A DNA stretch of 64,000 bases from Leidyana gryllorum EB-2025a. Taxonomy: Eukaryota > Protista > Apicomplexa. The position numbers were made by a program, and so were the translations under genes. The stretch covers positions 1,240,001 to 1,304,000 of the forward strand of contig JBLWGC010000230.1 in the NCBI GenBank assembly GCA_048772705.1. Direction: 5' to 3'. Below are positions 12,652 to 23,756 of the stretch, one piece after another (positions within the stretch are counted from its first letter, which is position 1; each line of letters begins with the position of its first letter). Under the pieces are notes generated by a model, which was not told the origin of the DNA, did not search any database, and was given only the letters and a program-made list of their open reading frames with translations.

Positions 12652-14252
12652 ATGGTGATCAATCGACAAGGTACCTCCCCCCGGGGACCCACGGTGCTGT
12701 TTTCGTCCAGTGGTCCGGCTCCGTTGAAGAACTGGGACGTTTCGCTACCTGTGACTGGTTGTCCGAATGATCTTCAGTTGCTTAGCCCGAAGGAATCGTC
12801 TAATTCCATCCCCCAGCGTATTAGTCCCGTGAAGATCAGCCTGACGAACGCGAGTGGTCCAAGAGTTGACAAGACGTACGACGAAGAGCTTCGATGTTTC
12901 TGTTTTGAGGTAATCGGAGCAAACGTGAGTTTGTCCTCGCCCCCACCTGCGTCGACGGGGAAAGGTCGGCTTCCGCGCAATTCGCTGGGGATTTCTCATT
13001 CTCTATTGACACTGCTGGTCAAATACGTGAGTTTAGGGGTGTTTGATGTGGGTTAGTTGGATGTACGTTGCAGGTTGGCGAGCCTTTCAATTTCGAGCTG
13101 ACATTGCGGGATACACAGGGCATATCACGGCGTGTTCGCTTCAGCACGGTGGTAACTCGGCTTAAGAACAGTCAGTTTGCTATGTGTTACCCCATTTACA
13201 CGGGTAATGGTGACTTTCTCGTCTCTACTTTGAGTGGCGAGCCGAGTGGTGTGGAGTTCCGTATAGGTTGGAACGTGGTGTGCTTGGACCTTGGTCGCAT
13301 TATGTGTGAGGCGTTCAACCAGACCTTCAGCGAGTTGAGTGCTGTTTCTATCCATTCGAACTGTCGGCTGAAGAGTCTTGTCGCACACGACAAGTCGTCT
13401 GGTGACTACACACGCTTTTACGATCTTTTGGGTCAAGCTCACTGGCCATCATCTGCTTTCGAGCTGTACAAAGTGGTTTTGCCCGTGACCCGCCGGGCAA
13501 AGTGTATTGGGGAGAACAGCGGCGCAGCGAGTCCCTCAAGTACGGCAGCCTCCTCTTCCGTGACTAGGCAAGTGCTGAACGGAAATGCTAACGATGATCT
13601 CTGCGCAGCTGCTTCTCTGTTTGTGATCGATCCTGAAGGTTCTTCTTCGACAGACGGTCGTCGCGTCCGATCTTTCAGTGCGGTCCCTCTGACCTGTTCT
13701 GGGAGACGCAGCCCTCTGTCGCCAATGCGTCGCATTATTCTCAGCGAGTCAAGTCTTGCAGCTCTCGACTTGGCAGAACCTCTTCCCGTGTTTGTCTCAT
13801 CTCTACGTCCCTCCAGTTATTGTTGTGACGCCAGTTCCACTTCCACCAGTGACCCGAGTCCAGCGTCCCCACTGCAGACAGCCTCAAACCGAGACTTTCG
13901 TCCCAGTTTACCACCGTTGCGCGAGGAGGGTGACGATGCGTCACCTCCTCCCCAGCAATCGTCTCACTCTCACGTCGTACACAACCCTTTTGCCGAAGAA
14001 GCGACTCCCGCAACACATCGTCACCTTTTCACACCCACCGTCAGACTCAGCGACAGCCCGACCACTAGCAGCACCAGCGAAGTCGATTCCAGTGCAGGCA
14101 GAAAAACGCCTCGACGATCTCTCACCACCCGGCTGCTACACAAGGCCAAACTTCACGTCCATCACAAGCTGTCCGCAGCTTCTGCCACCACAGAGCGATT
14201 CCGCCGACGTAAATCTTCCATGTGCGAGTTGGGGGTCAACACTCAGGACTAA
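12652..14252 (+). CDS. CFAP20/Bug22 (DUF667)-domain protein with Ser/Pro-rich tail
   Basis: GWNVVCLDL...VSIHSNCRL resembles the CFAP20 GWNQIQFNL...IHANCRI motif; one intron near 13030-13073; start may instead be 12595. Confidence 0.7.
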
Positions 14253-16596
14253 ATGAAATTCGCAATTGTCTTCCGCTCGATTTGGGCCATTGAGGGGGCA
14301 GAGGCTCGTGATCTCAACGAGGGACGCCTTAGGTAATTGCTCTTATAACTACTACTGGGCCGACGTGCCTGCTACCGTGGGCTTGATCGCTATACTCGCA
14401 CCCTCCTTACTTGTTGCTTGCCCGCAGGGCTTTTAGTCTCACTATACGGATCCAAATCTCCCACAAACGTTGACTCGAACCGACCAGCCGTTCGCAAATC
14501 AATGTCACATAACGATGACTGATCAAATACACATTAAACCCGCCGTCCAATGCAAAATCGCAGCTTACGTGCGGTGTCTTCATGGCCGGAGTGGCCACTC
14601 GCAGCACATGAACCACTGTCGCACAAAAAATCATATTACACTGTCGATAGGGCCGGCGATCTTACGTAATAGCATAACACACGAGCTCGTGATCAGAATC
14701 GTGCTGGGTGATGAGTGGTCGAAGAAGTAGAACGAGGAGAAGAGCCCTACTGCACCGCCCAGCCTCCCTGCTGCAAACGCGTAGCTGAACATTTTGACCC
14801 GTACTCTGGAGTGCAAAGCCTCCAAAATGACCACTAAGAGGGTGAGCCGCTGCCCCGAACAGAACAGCCGGAACACACAATCGTAAAAGAGCGAAGCTCC
14901 AAAGTAGTTTTGAATTGGGTCGAGCGAGGTACCCGAGTGGGTTGCGCTGCAGTGAGAAGGACGATGAGGGCGGCGGTGTAGTGGGGGACCTGCGGAGGAG
15001 GGGGGGGGAGGGAGCAGAGGAGGAGCGGAGCGGAGGAGCGGAGAAGGCTCTGTTTACCTAAACAACGAGGCACCGAGCCCAAACCAGACAAAGCAGGCGA
15101 TCACCGACTGGTAGAGAAGGGCGAGCTTGGGGGCCAGAAAATTCATGATGAAGAGACAGAGGCCATAAGAGACTACATGACACAGTTCCACCACTAAGAA
15201 TGGATTGGTAAGTAACTCGTAAAAGAAGGGGACTCACTCATGAAGGAGAGATTCCGTCTGGCAGGGCTCTCCCAGCCCTTGATGGGCGGCGGTATGAGGA
15301 AGCGGAAGGTCCCAAAGCCGACGTGGAGAAAGTAGAAGAGGGAGAAGGGCAAGCACAAACCCAAGATGTCGATCTTGGAGCGTTTTAGATATCGTTTGAC
15401 CGCCGGGCTGCGGCTGGCGGGGCTCAAACGGCTCGAGGCGTCGGGTGACGGGCTGGCGATGACTTCACTGATCATCTGTGATCGTAAGGCTGCATCGTTA
15501 TCCGTGGTTCCCAATGTGCGACTTGCGAGATTACTGAAAGAAGACGATGGGATGGGATTTTAGTTATCCAAATTTCAATGAGCTCACGCGTTGTTGTAGG
15601 TGGCGGGTGGAGTGGATGGATAGACCAAAGGTATACGAAGATCGTCCACAGATGACTGATGCAGAATCTGCATTGAGGTCAATGCGCTGTCTTGAGTTTG
15701 AACCCCCGGCCTCGTCCATTGGCTGACGGCATCGGCTCGGCTACAAACTCGTGAGGGTCGTGCGCTTAGTTTCTCTTCTGATGGGGGTACCATCAGTGCT
15801 TGCAGAGAAAGGACTGTAATGCCGATGAGGCAATTGAGGGCGCAGAGGTGTAGGAATATGCACGCCTCACACAGCTGGAAGTATGGATCTTTGACGATCT
15901 TTCCGGAACGGAGGCAGACTCACTTGGGGTCGAAAGTGGATCAAAAGTCCCATACACATACGAGAACAGAGACGAGTCACAGCTGGACAGACAGAGATAA
16001 AGGAGTGTGTCAGACCAGATTGGGTATATACCTTGCAGAATAGCAAAGCCCGCTAAAGCGTTGTAGCGCTGTTTTGGCGAGACTTGTGACATAATGTAGG
16101 GGCCCATGTATACATGAATGCGAGCTATGCCGTAGCCCAGCATGAGGATAATGATTGACCAGTAGACAGTCATGAGGGGTGACGACATGTCCGGCAATGC
16201 CGCTATACACCAAGTGGGATCGACCAGTACACTAACAGGGGGTCTGGACCGAGCAGCCACGACGGGAGCAAAGATAGTCGCTGCATTGCTGAGGATAATG
16301 GCCCCGGTGGCGAGCTTAAGGGAGTGTGGCCTGAGAGGAGGGAGCCGATGGCCGAGACGACGACGATCTCCAACCGAGACTTACGCCAATTGTTTACGGC
16401 GGGATCCTGCCAGGCTCCATGCTGCCTGGGCGACAAAGCTGGCCACAACAAATGTGTAGTGTTGTTTTGTTGGGGCCGGTAGTAGGCTTAAAGTTCCAAG
16501 GGCAATGGCGGCGACGAAGGTAACTGGGTAGGCTAGGAGGAGGCTGCTAAGCGGCACTCCCGACGGTTCTGGTACTAATATATCTTGGACATACAT
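14249..16596 (-). CDS. Divergent major facilitator superfamily transporter, multi-exon
   Basis: Motif-A-like AGSRRK, PYIMSQVSPKQRY (TM4-5 loop) and EALHSRVR...AAGRLGGAVG (TM10-11); hydrophobic exons joined by GT-AG introns; ends approximate. Confidence 0.65.
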
Positions 16597-16800
16597 GACA
16601 TGTTTTGGGGTCTTCCTGAAGGCTGTGTGGGGCCGCCATCCAATCTTAGAAATTTTGTGCACTAGCCCGAGGTGCAACCCATCCTGTCCTCCTTTCGCTG
16701 CACCAACAACAACCCCCCTCAGGCCTGATATGTACGGAGTCGCCCCCAGTCACTAGCTTTTCACTTTCGTCAGAGCCATTTCTCCCCATACCACACAAAC

Positions 16801-18367
16801 ATGGAGGTCAGAGTCGCGGGTAAATACCGCCTCGGCAAGAAGCTGGGCAGCGGAAGCTTCGGTGAAATCTACATGGGTAAGTCTCTTACGCCACACCCAC
16901 TGCCTCGCCCCTGTTCCTCCATCCCACCACTCTCGCGCTCCACGGGCTCACCTGTGCCCCCGTCCCTCCTGTGGGCGGCGGGCAGGAGACAGTGATCGAT
17001 CGACCTCTGACTCTATGTCAGCCCACCGACTGGATGACGAGTGTGAGCTCAAAGGACTTTCCCTCGCCCTTAGCTCTGCTGACAGCCGCGTGCAGAGGAG
17101 GAATGTGGGGGTGGGGGAGCAGAGCAGAGCAGAGGAAGATGAAGGAGGGGTCTAACATCTGTTTGTGTCGCTTTCAATCAATTGACCTCTCAGGCCGGAA
17201 CATGATCACTTTCGACGATGTTGCGATCAAGCTAGAACCTCTCAAGTCAAAACATCCCCAGCTACTCTACGAATCTAAGCTGTACAAGATACTGCACGGA
17301 GGCAGTAAGCACAGATCACACTTTGTGTCTCCTTCAATCAATGTGTGTTCTTCGTTGCAGTTGGTGTTCCAGTGGTATACTGGTACGGTATCGAAGGAGA
17401 TTACAACGTAATGGTCATGGAACTGCTCGGACCCTCGCTTGAGGACCTATTCCTCATCATGGGTAGGAAATTTTCCCTCAAGACGGTACTCATGCTGGCT
17501 GACCAAATGGTGAGTCCTCTTTGAGATTATCGGAAATCTTCATGTTTCCCTTCTTGCGACAGCTCAATCGAATTGAATACGTGCACTCGAAGCACTTTAT
17601 TCATCGCGACATAAAGCCCGACAACTTTGTGATAGGGCGTGGCAAGAAGTTATCGGTGGTCTACATCATTGACTTCGGGCTGGCGAAGAAGTATCGTGAC
17701 TTCAAGTCCTACTTACATATTCCGTATCGCGAGGGCAAGAACCTCACGGGAACTGCTCGCTATGCCTCCGTCAGTACTCATCTGGGCATTGAGCAGTCTC
17801 GTCGAGACGATATGGAGGCTCTAGGCTACGTCCTAATGTACTTCAATCGCGGGTCATTGCCGTGGCAAGGTCTCAAAGCAGGGAACAAAAAGGACAAATA
17901 CGACAAGATTATGGAGAAGAAGATGTCTACAACTGTAGAGACCCTTTGTCGCAGTTTCCCGCGTGAGTCCATTCTTGACCCGCCGCCAATATCGTCTTCC
18001 TCCCCCGCAGCCGAATTTGTGACCTTCCTGAACTACTGCCGCTCCCTTCGTTTTGAGGATCGGCCGGACTATGCATACCTCCGAAGGCTCTTCAAAGAAT
18101 TGTTCTTCAGGTAAGACTGAAGTTTCTTTCTTTCCGCACACAAGACATTCACTGCGCAGAGAGGGTTATCAGTATGACTTCATATTCGACTGGAGCCTCC
18201 AGGTTACAGCAAATCACGCTGGCCGGGTAGCTGCAGAAGCCCTGCCGAGTGGGGAAGCTGGCGGTAAGAGATGCTGATTTGATGGTGGTGGCCTCAAACG
18301 GGTTGCTCTTTTAGAAGTGCGATACGACAGAGAAGGTGAGGAGCGCCCCACACGTGCTCCCGAATAG
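16801..18367 (+). CDS. CK1: Casein kinase 1
   Basis: [44 protein letters not shown]; 3' end could be 18426 if one more short intron is spliced. Confidence 0.97.
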
Positions 18368-18639
18368 GCGTCGACCTTCTGCCGTTGCCGTACCTGCCAC
18401 AAGACAAAGTGGTGGAGATGGAGTAGAAACAGAAAGAAGAACAGCGTCCAAGAATCAATCAATCTCAACCCACCCCCAGAAAATAGTCAGAGTCACTCTA
18501 CAGCCAGTGTGTGCGTATGGACCTTCCGAGTTATTGGTACTTGCCGTCCTCCGACTGACCCCCAGCCAGCCAACCCCGATCTACAGCAATCACAGATCTG
18601 CTTCTCCTCTTTTAGTGCTGGCCAGAAGTAAAAAGAAAT

Positions 18640-20016
18640 ATGATCGGCATCGGGTTGGGCGGCTTTGACTCTTATTCGCACTTGGACGACGATCCGGGAT
18701 GGTTTGCAGCTGGAGCCTTCAGCGGAGGCATCAACCGCGCGGCGACTCCCGTCGAGGCGGCGCCTGCGCCCGCCACTGTCGAGATTCTGGACAACGTGCT
18801 GTCATTTGTGGACCACTTTGCCTCAGCATTCCTGGTGGAAGCGCCCCATAAACTGAGGAAGACGACTCAAAAGCTCCGCGACCGTCTTACTAAGGACCCT
18901 CAGGAGCTCTTGAACCGTCATGTTCGTAAAAAGGTTGAGGAGATCAAAGTGCGACTCAATGAACCCCCAGCCGTTGCCATGAGAGATAAGATCAGTTTCT
19001 TCATCGGCGTTAACAACGTCTGCTTGATGGTCTATCTTTTGGCCGCAAAGCCCCACTGGATGCCGACTTACTATTTGATCCAGAGTGCCGTCTTGATGCC
19101 ATTGCGTTTCTGGCTGTACTATCAGAGGGCCTGGCACTACTTCACCTTTGATCTCTGTTACTATGTCAATATTTTGACACTTCTGTACCTTTTCGTTTAC
19201 CCGAACTCCACCACCCTTTTATCTGCAGCCTTTGCTCTCGCACACGGACCCGTCATTTGGGCTGTGGTACAATGGCGTAACAGCTTGGTGTTCCACAGTC
19301 TGGATAAAGTGACTAGTTGTTTTATCCACATGACCCCCTGTGTTGCTCTCTATTGCTGCCGTTGGGGTCTGAAGGGTCACAGACACTTAATGAGGAGGTT
19401 TCCCGCCTGCCAGCGGGATCTCCTACCCTTTGGAGATTGCTGGAAGTGTGCTATGTTCTTCTACTTTGTATGGCAACTCACATACTATGTGTGGGTCAAC
19501 TTGGTGAAACGCAAAAAGGTTGAAGCCGGTGAACGAGTCACCTCATTCACTTACATTGTCAATCAAGAAGAGCAGAAACCCAATAATTCAGCACTCTGGA
19601 AGGTACTCAATCTCATGGGACCCCACGGAAGACTCTTCATGTTCATGCTTGCACAATGTCTGTATGCTGGCATAACTATGCTCCCTGTTCGGGCTCTGTG
19701 GCATCGTCAGGGGCTGCACGCCACGTTAATCTATCTAATGTTCGCCGCCTGTGTGTGGAATGGATCTAATTACTACATAGAAGTGTTCAGTAAATCATAC
19801 GCCCAGCGGATGCACGACATTGGACATCGCGTTTTGGAATACTATCAAGACGTCGATGAAGATCAGTCGCAAGCCAGCAGTACCTATGGGGCCAGCTGTC
19901 CCAACACCGCTCGCGCTTCTGGAACCGGATGTGTGGAGGACTCTTGGGATCCGTTGGTGGCCCAGGAGAACGTCTCTAACACCCACAATCCGTTACATCA
20001 TCGACCACTCCATTAG
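18640..20016 (+). CDS. GPC1: Glycerophosphocholine acyltransferase (GPC1/GPCAT, DUF2838)
   Basis: WHYFTFDLCYYVN, WRNSLVFHSLDKVTSCFIH and WNGSNYYIEVF family motifs; intronless. Confidence 0.88.
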   Translation: MIGIGLGGFDSYSHLDDDPGWFAAGAFSGGINRAATPVEAAPAPATVEILDNVLSFVDHFASAFLVEAPHKLRKTTQKLRDRLTKDPQELLNRHVRKKVEEIKVRLNEPPAVAMRDKISFFIGVNNVCLMVYLLAAKPHWMPTYYLIQSAVLMPLRFWLYYQRAWHYFTFDLCYYVNILTLLYLFVYPNSTTLLSAAFALAHGPVIWAVVQWRNSLVFHSLDKVTSCFIHMTPCVALYCCRWGLKGHRHLMRRFPACQRDLLPFGDCWKCAMFFYFVWQLTYYVWVNLVKRKKVEAGERVTSFTYIVNQEEQKPNNSALWKVLNLMGPHGRLFMFMLAQCLYAGITMLPVRALWHRQGLHATLIYLMFAACVWNGSNYYIEVFSKSYAQRMHDIGHRVLEYYQDVDEDQSQASSTYGASCPNTARASGTGCVEDSWDPLVAQENVSNTHNPLHHRPLH

Positions 20017-20123
20017 TTAGCATATCCCGAGAAACCCGAGGTCATTATCACAAAATGACAATGCTGTGATCTACGTTCGGTAACAATAAGGTGTGTGTTG
20101 TGAACACAAACAATGAAAAATGG

Positions 20124-22241
20124 CTATACACAAGAAAAAGGTAGAGGGATCCGAGGCTCAAAACAGGGAATCCTTGCTAACTTGAGGCCCAATTCATGAG
20201 CGGCCACGTAGTCGCCTCGGTGAAGTAATCGATTGACATCTTCTACGGTTTCGTAGTGCAAGAAGTCGGTGTCACCACTGAGACACAGGCACTCATGCGG
20301 GATCTGACTCAAAATACTCGAGGGTATGTGCTTTAGGTACTGCGCTATCCAACGTTCGGTGCCTGGCTTTTCTGTTTCTGTGGGGGGCCTCCACTTTCTC
20401 TCTCTGACGACGGCGTCATGTTTTTCTTTGAGCAGAAGCAGTTGCACAGATGTGTCCAGAGTGTATTGCCCTGTGATGAACTCCATCACAGCTTGCTTGA
20501 ACACACCGCCAAGGAACGGTATGTTGAGGAAGAGCACTTTGATGGGATTGCGTCGCACCTCGTTCGCTTGCATACAGCCTCTGTGGAGACGGAAGAGCTC
20601 TTCGGCACAAAAGACTTCTTTGGCGATCAACCAGTCCACTGCGATGGAATACATCCAGTCAAACTCTTTTGGCACTTCTGGGATGGCGACCATCAACGTG
20701 CACTCTTCCCAGAAGGTGTAAGCCCACCGACTGGATCGGGTCTTGGCCAGGAGTTCCAAGGTCCAAGACGGCATGACGATGGCCTTGAGGTTCGGCAGCC
20801 GGTCTATAGTAAGCAGAATGCTTGAACCGGCGCGGAAATCGGCCATCGGGCACGTCAGAATCTCAACGGACGCTTGCTCTGCACGAGACATACACACAAA
20901 GTTGTCATACGCGTAAATGTGGGTGGTGGGGGGGCGGACTTGGGGGGGTAGAACAACAGGGAAAGATCGAGTGGACTCGAGAGCGAGGTACGCTTCAGAG
21001 GGGGTGACAATACGGCCTTGGTCGAGAGGGCCGAGCCATTGGCAGAACCAACGGTCTTTGGTAGAAATGAGCATCTGGTGGGACTGAGGGGGTTGCAGGG
21101 CACCGGTCAGCTGCCAAATGTGGTAGAAGATTGGTTGCATAGCCTTGATGGCCTGGGGACTCCAGTAGCAGCGCTCCAGATCGTATTCTCGATCGCGGAC
21201 GAGAGAAAGTCTGCAGAGCTCGCGCGATAGATCGATGAGGGCTGTTTCGAAGGGACGGCGGAGATTGTTGCCGAACCGACGGCACAGCTCGTCTATCACC
21301 GACAACCAACCGTCGAGACAGTTGTTGCTTGTGGTGTTACTATCACAGGGCCTCAATCCAGTCACCAAACAAAACACTTTTGTCTTCTCCTCGTCCTCAT
21401 CGAGTACCTTGAGGATGTCAGAGAGTCCCGTAGGGGTGACGGGTCCAGGGCCAAGCCGCTCTGTTGTCGGAGTTTGACCAACGTGCGCAATGCCGATATC
21501 AGCCACAACCAATCTCAACATCTTCTTGTCGCTGAACATGGAGGTCCGGGTGACGTGATCAAGAACACTGGCGGGGCCATACAAGTACTCGAGGTTGGGG
21601 AAGTTTCCACCCACAACGGTCGGCAGATCCGGTGTGTGCCATAGTCCAAATCGAACCAGCTGCGGGTAGTATCCAGCGACTCGACACCCGTCGAATGATG
21701 GCTTCTGACTCGCGCGATACCACTCCGACCACTGACGATTCCTCTCACCGATAGTCTGAGGATGCCGAAGCCTCCCTCCGTCCGTATCTGCTGCACGAGT
21801 TTCCTCCGGCGGCGGCCCCGTCGGCCCCGTCGGCCCCGACTCGCTCTCCATACCCCACCATTTGAGCGCCGCAGGGATTGACTTGCAGATCTGAAGCTGT
21901 GCCGTCTCGACTCTAGTGGAGCCCTCTTTCAGAAAAGTGGGGATCAGGTCCACACTGCCTCTGAAGCGAACAGTAACAGCGTTTGCTGCCGCTCTGTCTA
22001 GCCAGGCTTTCGCCCACGAACAATCCCGAACGAAATTGGGTTCCTCAACTTCGTCATAGTCGAGGTGCAAAGGGGTATATACGGTGGTAATATGGCGTCG
22101 GAAGCGTCTATCGAGCTGCGCAAGCCGTCTTAGATCATTAATAGTGACAAAGCTCAATATTTGACTTATGAAGGGCCCTTCGATAGTGCGTGACTTCTCG
22201 GTGCGCTTTCGCGGCCGCGAGACAAGAGAACGGAAACCCAT
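20124..22241 (-). CDS. Hypothetical 705-aa protein with N-terminal F-box-like motif
   Basis: Long intronless ORF; FISQILSFVTINDLRRLAQLDRRFR is F-box-like; a few LRR-like PNL motifs. Confidence 0.6.
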   Translation of the reverse strand: MGFRSLVSRPRKRTEKSRTIEGPFISQILSFVTINDLRRLAQLDRRFRRHITTVYTPLHLDYDEVEEPNFVRDCSWAKAWLDRAAANAVTVRFRGSVDLIPTFLKEGSTRVETAQLQICKSIPAALKWWGMESESGPTGPTGPPPEETRAADTDGGRLRHPQTIGERNRQWSEWYRASQKPSFDGCRVAGYYPQLVRFGLWHTPDLPTVVGGNFPNLEYLYGPASVLDHVTRTSMFSDKKMLRLVVADIGIAHVGQTPTTERLGPGPVTPTGLSDILKVLDEDEEKTKVFCLVTGLRPCDSNTTSNNCLDGWLSVIDELCRRFGNNLRRPFETALIDLSRELCRLSLVRDREYDLERCYWSPQAIKAMQPIFYHIWQLTGALQPPQSHQMLISTKDRWFCQWLGPLDQGRIVTPSEAYLALESTRSFPVVLPPQVRPPTTHIYAYDNFVCMSRAEQASVEILTCPMADFRAGSSILLTIDRLPNLKAIVMPSWTLELLAKTRSSRWAYTFWEECTLMVAIPEVPKEFDWMYSIAVDWLIAKEVFCAEELFRLHRGCMQANEVRRNPIKVLFLNIPFLGGVFKQAVMEFITGQYTLDTSVQLLLLKEKHDAVVRERKWRPPTETEKPGTERWIAQYLKHIPSSILSQIPHECLCLSGDTDFLHYETVEDVNRLLHRGDYVAAHELGLKLARIPCFEPRIPLPFSCV

Positions 22242-22283
22242 CTATCAGCACACAATATGTCTCAAAATAGTCTCGAGTGCTTG

Positions 22284-22311
22284 ACTGGTGACTGGTAACT
22301 GGTAACTGGTG
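22284..22311. repeat. Heptamer tandem repeat (ACTGGTR)x4 in a divergent intergenic region
   Basis: actggtg actggta actggta actggtg read directly. Confidence 0.7.
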
Positions 22312-22587
22312 AAGGTGTAGCACCACCGTCGAAAAAACTCACAAACCCACACTACCAGACACACGTCACTCGCATGACGCACAATGGTTTACGCATAATG
22401 TTCTTTGTGAAGCTGAAAGTGCGTCAGAGCCGTTCAGGGGCCGAATTGGAGATTTTTCCGAAATCACCCAGACGTGGCATTGATTTTTGCGACGTGACGC
22501 ACACCGACAAGGCGCCGCCGGTTTTTTGTAATTGCAAATAAGACAGCCTCACTTTTCCATTCTTTGTGTTGTTCTCTACTCGCCACA

Positions 22588-23571
22588 ATGACCAAGTCCT
22601 TCAACCCTAAGATTGCTCTGCTCGGCAGTGGCCAGATCGGTGGCACCTTGGCACTTCTGGCTGGTCTGAAGGGTCTGAGCTCCAACATTGTAATGTTGGA
22701 TGTTGTCGAGGATATGCCCTTCGGCAAGGCTCTGGACTTGAGTCAAGCGTTCACTGCTGATGGTCGAAACGTCAGCGTGAACGCGTCCAATGACATCTCT
22801 GTCAAGAGCGATGGTTTGGATGATGCGGATGTCGTAATTGTTACTGCTGGTATTCCCCGGAAGCCCGGCATGTCGCGTGACGACCTGTTGTCCACCAACG
22901 CTAAAATTATCAAGGGCGTTGGCGAAGCTATCAAGGCCAAATGCCCGAGCGCTTTCGTCATCTGCATCACTAATCCCCTGGATGTGATGGTCAGCGTTCT
23001 CCAGAAGGCTTCTGGGCTCCCTGCCGAGCGCGTCGTCGGTATGGCTGGTATTTTGGACAGTTCCCGTTTCCGATATTTCTTGGCTGAGGCGCTTCAAGTT
23101 GCCCCAGTTGATGTGCACACCATGGTTTTGGGTGGACATGGTGACGAAATGGTTCCCCTGAAGAAATACACCTCAGTCGGTGGAATCCCTCTCCGTACTC
23201 TTATCGAGATGGGACAAATTACAGAGGAGAAGGTCGACGAGATTGTGCAGCGCACCCGCGTGGGCGGTGGAGAGATCGTCAAACTCCTCAAGATGGGCAG
23301 CGCGTTCGTTGCTCCCGCTGCTTCGGCGCTCAATATGGTGGTCTCCTACCTCAAGGACGAGAAGCGTCTCCTCCCCTGCTGCGCTCACCTCTCTGGGCAG
23401 TACGGTGCCTCTGGAATCTACTGTGGTGTTCCAGTCATCATTGGCTCCAAGGGGGTTGAGAAGGTCCTCGAAGTGCCCTTAGACGAGGCCGAGAGACAGA
23501 TGCTCGACAAGTCCCTCGCGGCGGTTGGAGAACTTCGGGAAGCGTGCAAGAAGTTGGGCTACGAGTGCTAG
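22588..23571 (+). CDS. MDH: LDH-like (alpha-proteobacterial-type) malate dehydrogenase
   Basis: GSGQIG Rossmann motif; substrate loop [15 protein letters not shown] (Arg, no LDH loop insertion); ITNPLD, LDSSR, GGHG. Confidence 0.93.
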   Translation: MTKSFNPKIALLGSGQIGGTLALLAGLKGLSSNIVMLDVVEDMPFGKALDLSQAFTADGRNVSVNASNDISVKSDGLDDADVVIVTAGIPRKPGMSRDDLLSTNAKIIKGVGEAIKAKCPSAFVICITNPLDVMVSVLQKASGLPAERVVGMAGILDSSRFRYFLAEALQVAPVDVHTMVLGGHGDEMVPLKKYTSVGGIPLRTLIEMGQITEEKVDEIVQRTRVGGGEIVKLLKMGSAFVAPAASALNMVVSYLKDEKRLLPCCAHLSGQYGASGIYCGVPVIIGSKGVEKVLEVPLDEAERQMLDKSLAAVGELREACKKLGYEC

Positions 23572-23756
23572 AACAAGAGAGAAGAAAATACATAGACATT
23601 TTTTATATTCTATACTCTGCCGTGCAGCCGGGGGGAACCCCACTCAACTAACCTCCTAATCCCTAACTATCTCCTCTCAAACCCCTAATCGATGCTGACC
23701 CACCAGACAGACCACTTCGGGTGTCTCTTCCAACTCCTGTTCCACTCCGCACCCCA

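Noticed and set aside
16990-17085. C/D-like boxes in the CK1 intron (ATGACGA...CTGA)
   Set aside because: The spacing is only about 50 nt, there is no convincing upstream C box or guide, and the motifs lie within the larger intron fold.
23640-23690. Telomere- or template-like CCTAA motifs
   Set aside because: Irregular, C-rich intergenic sequence without true tandem units.
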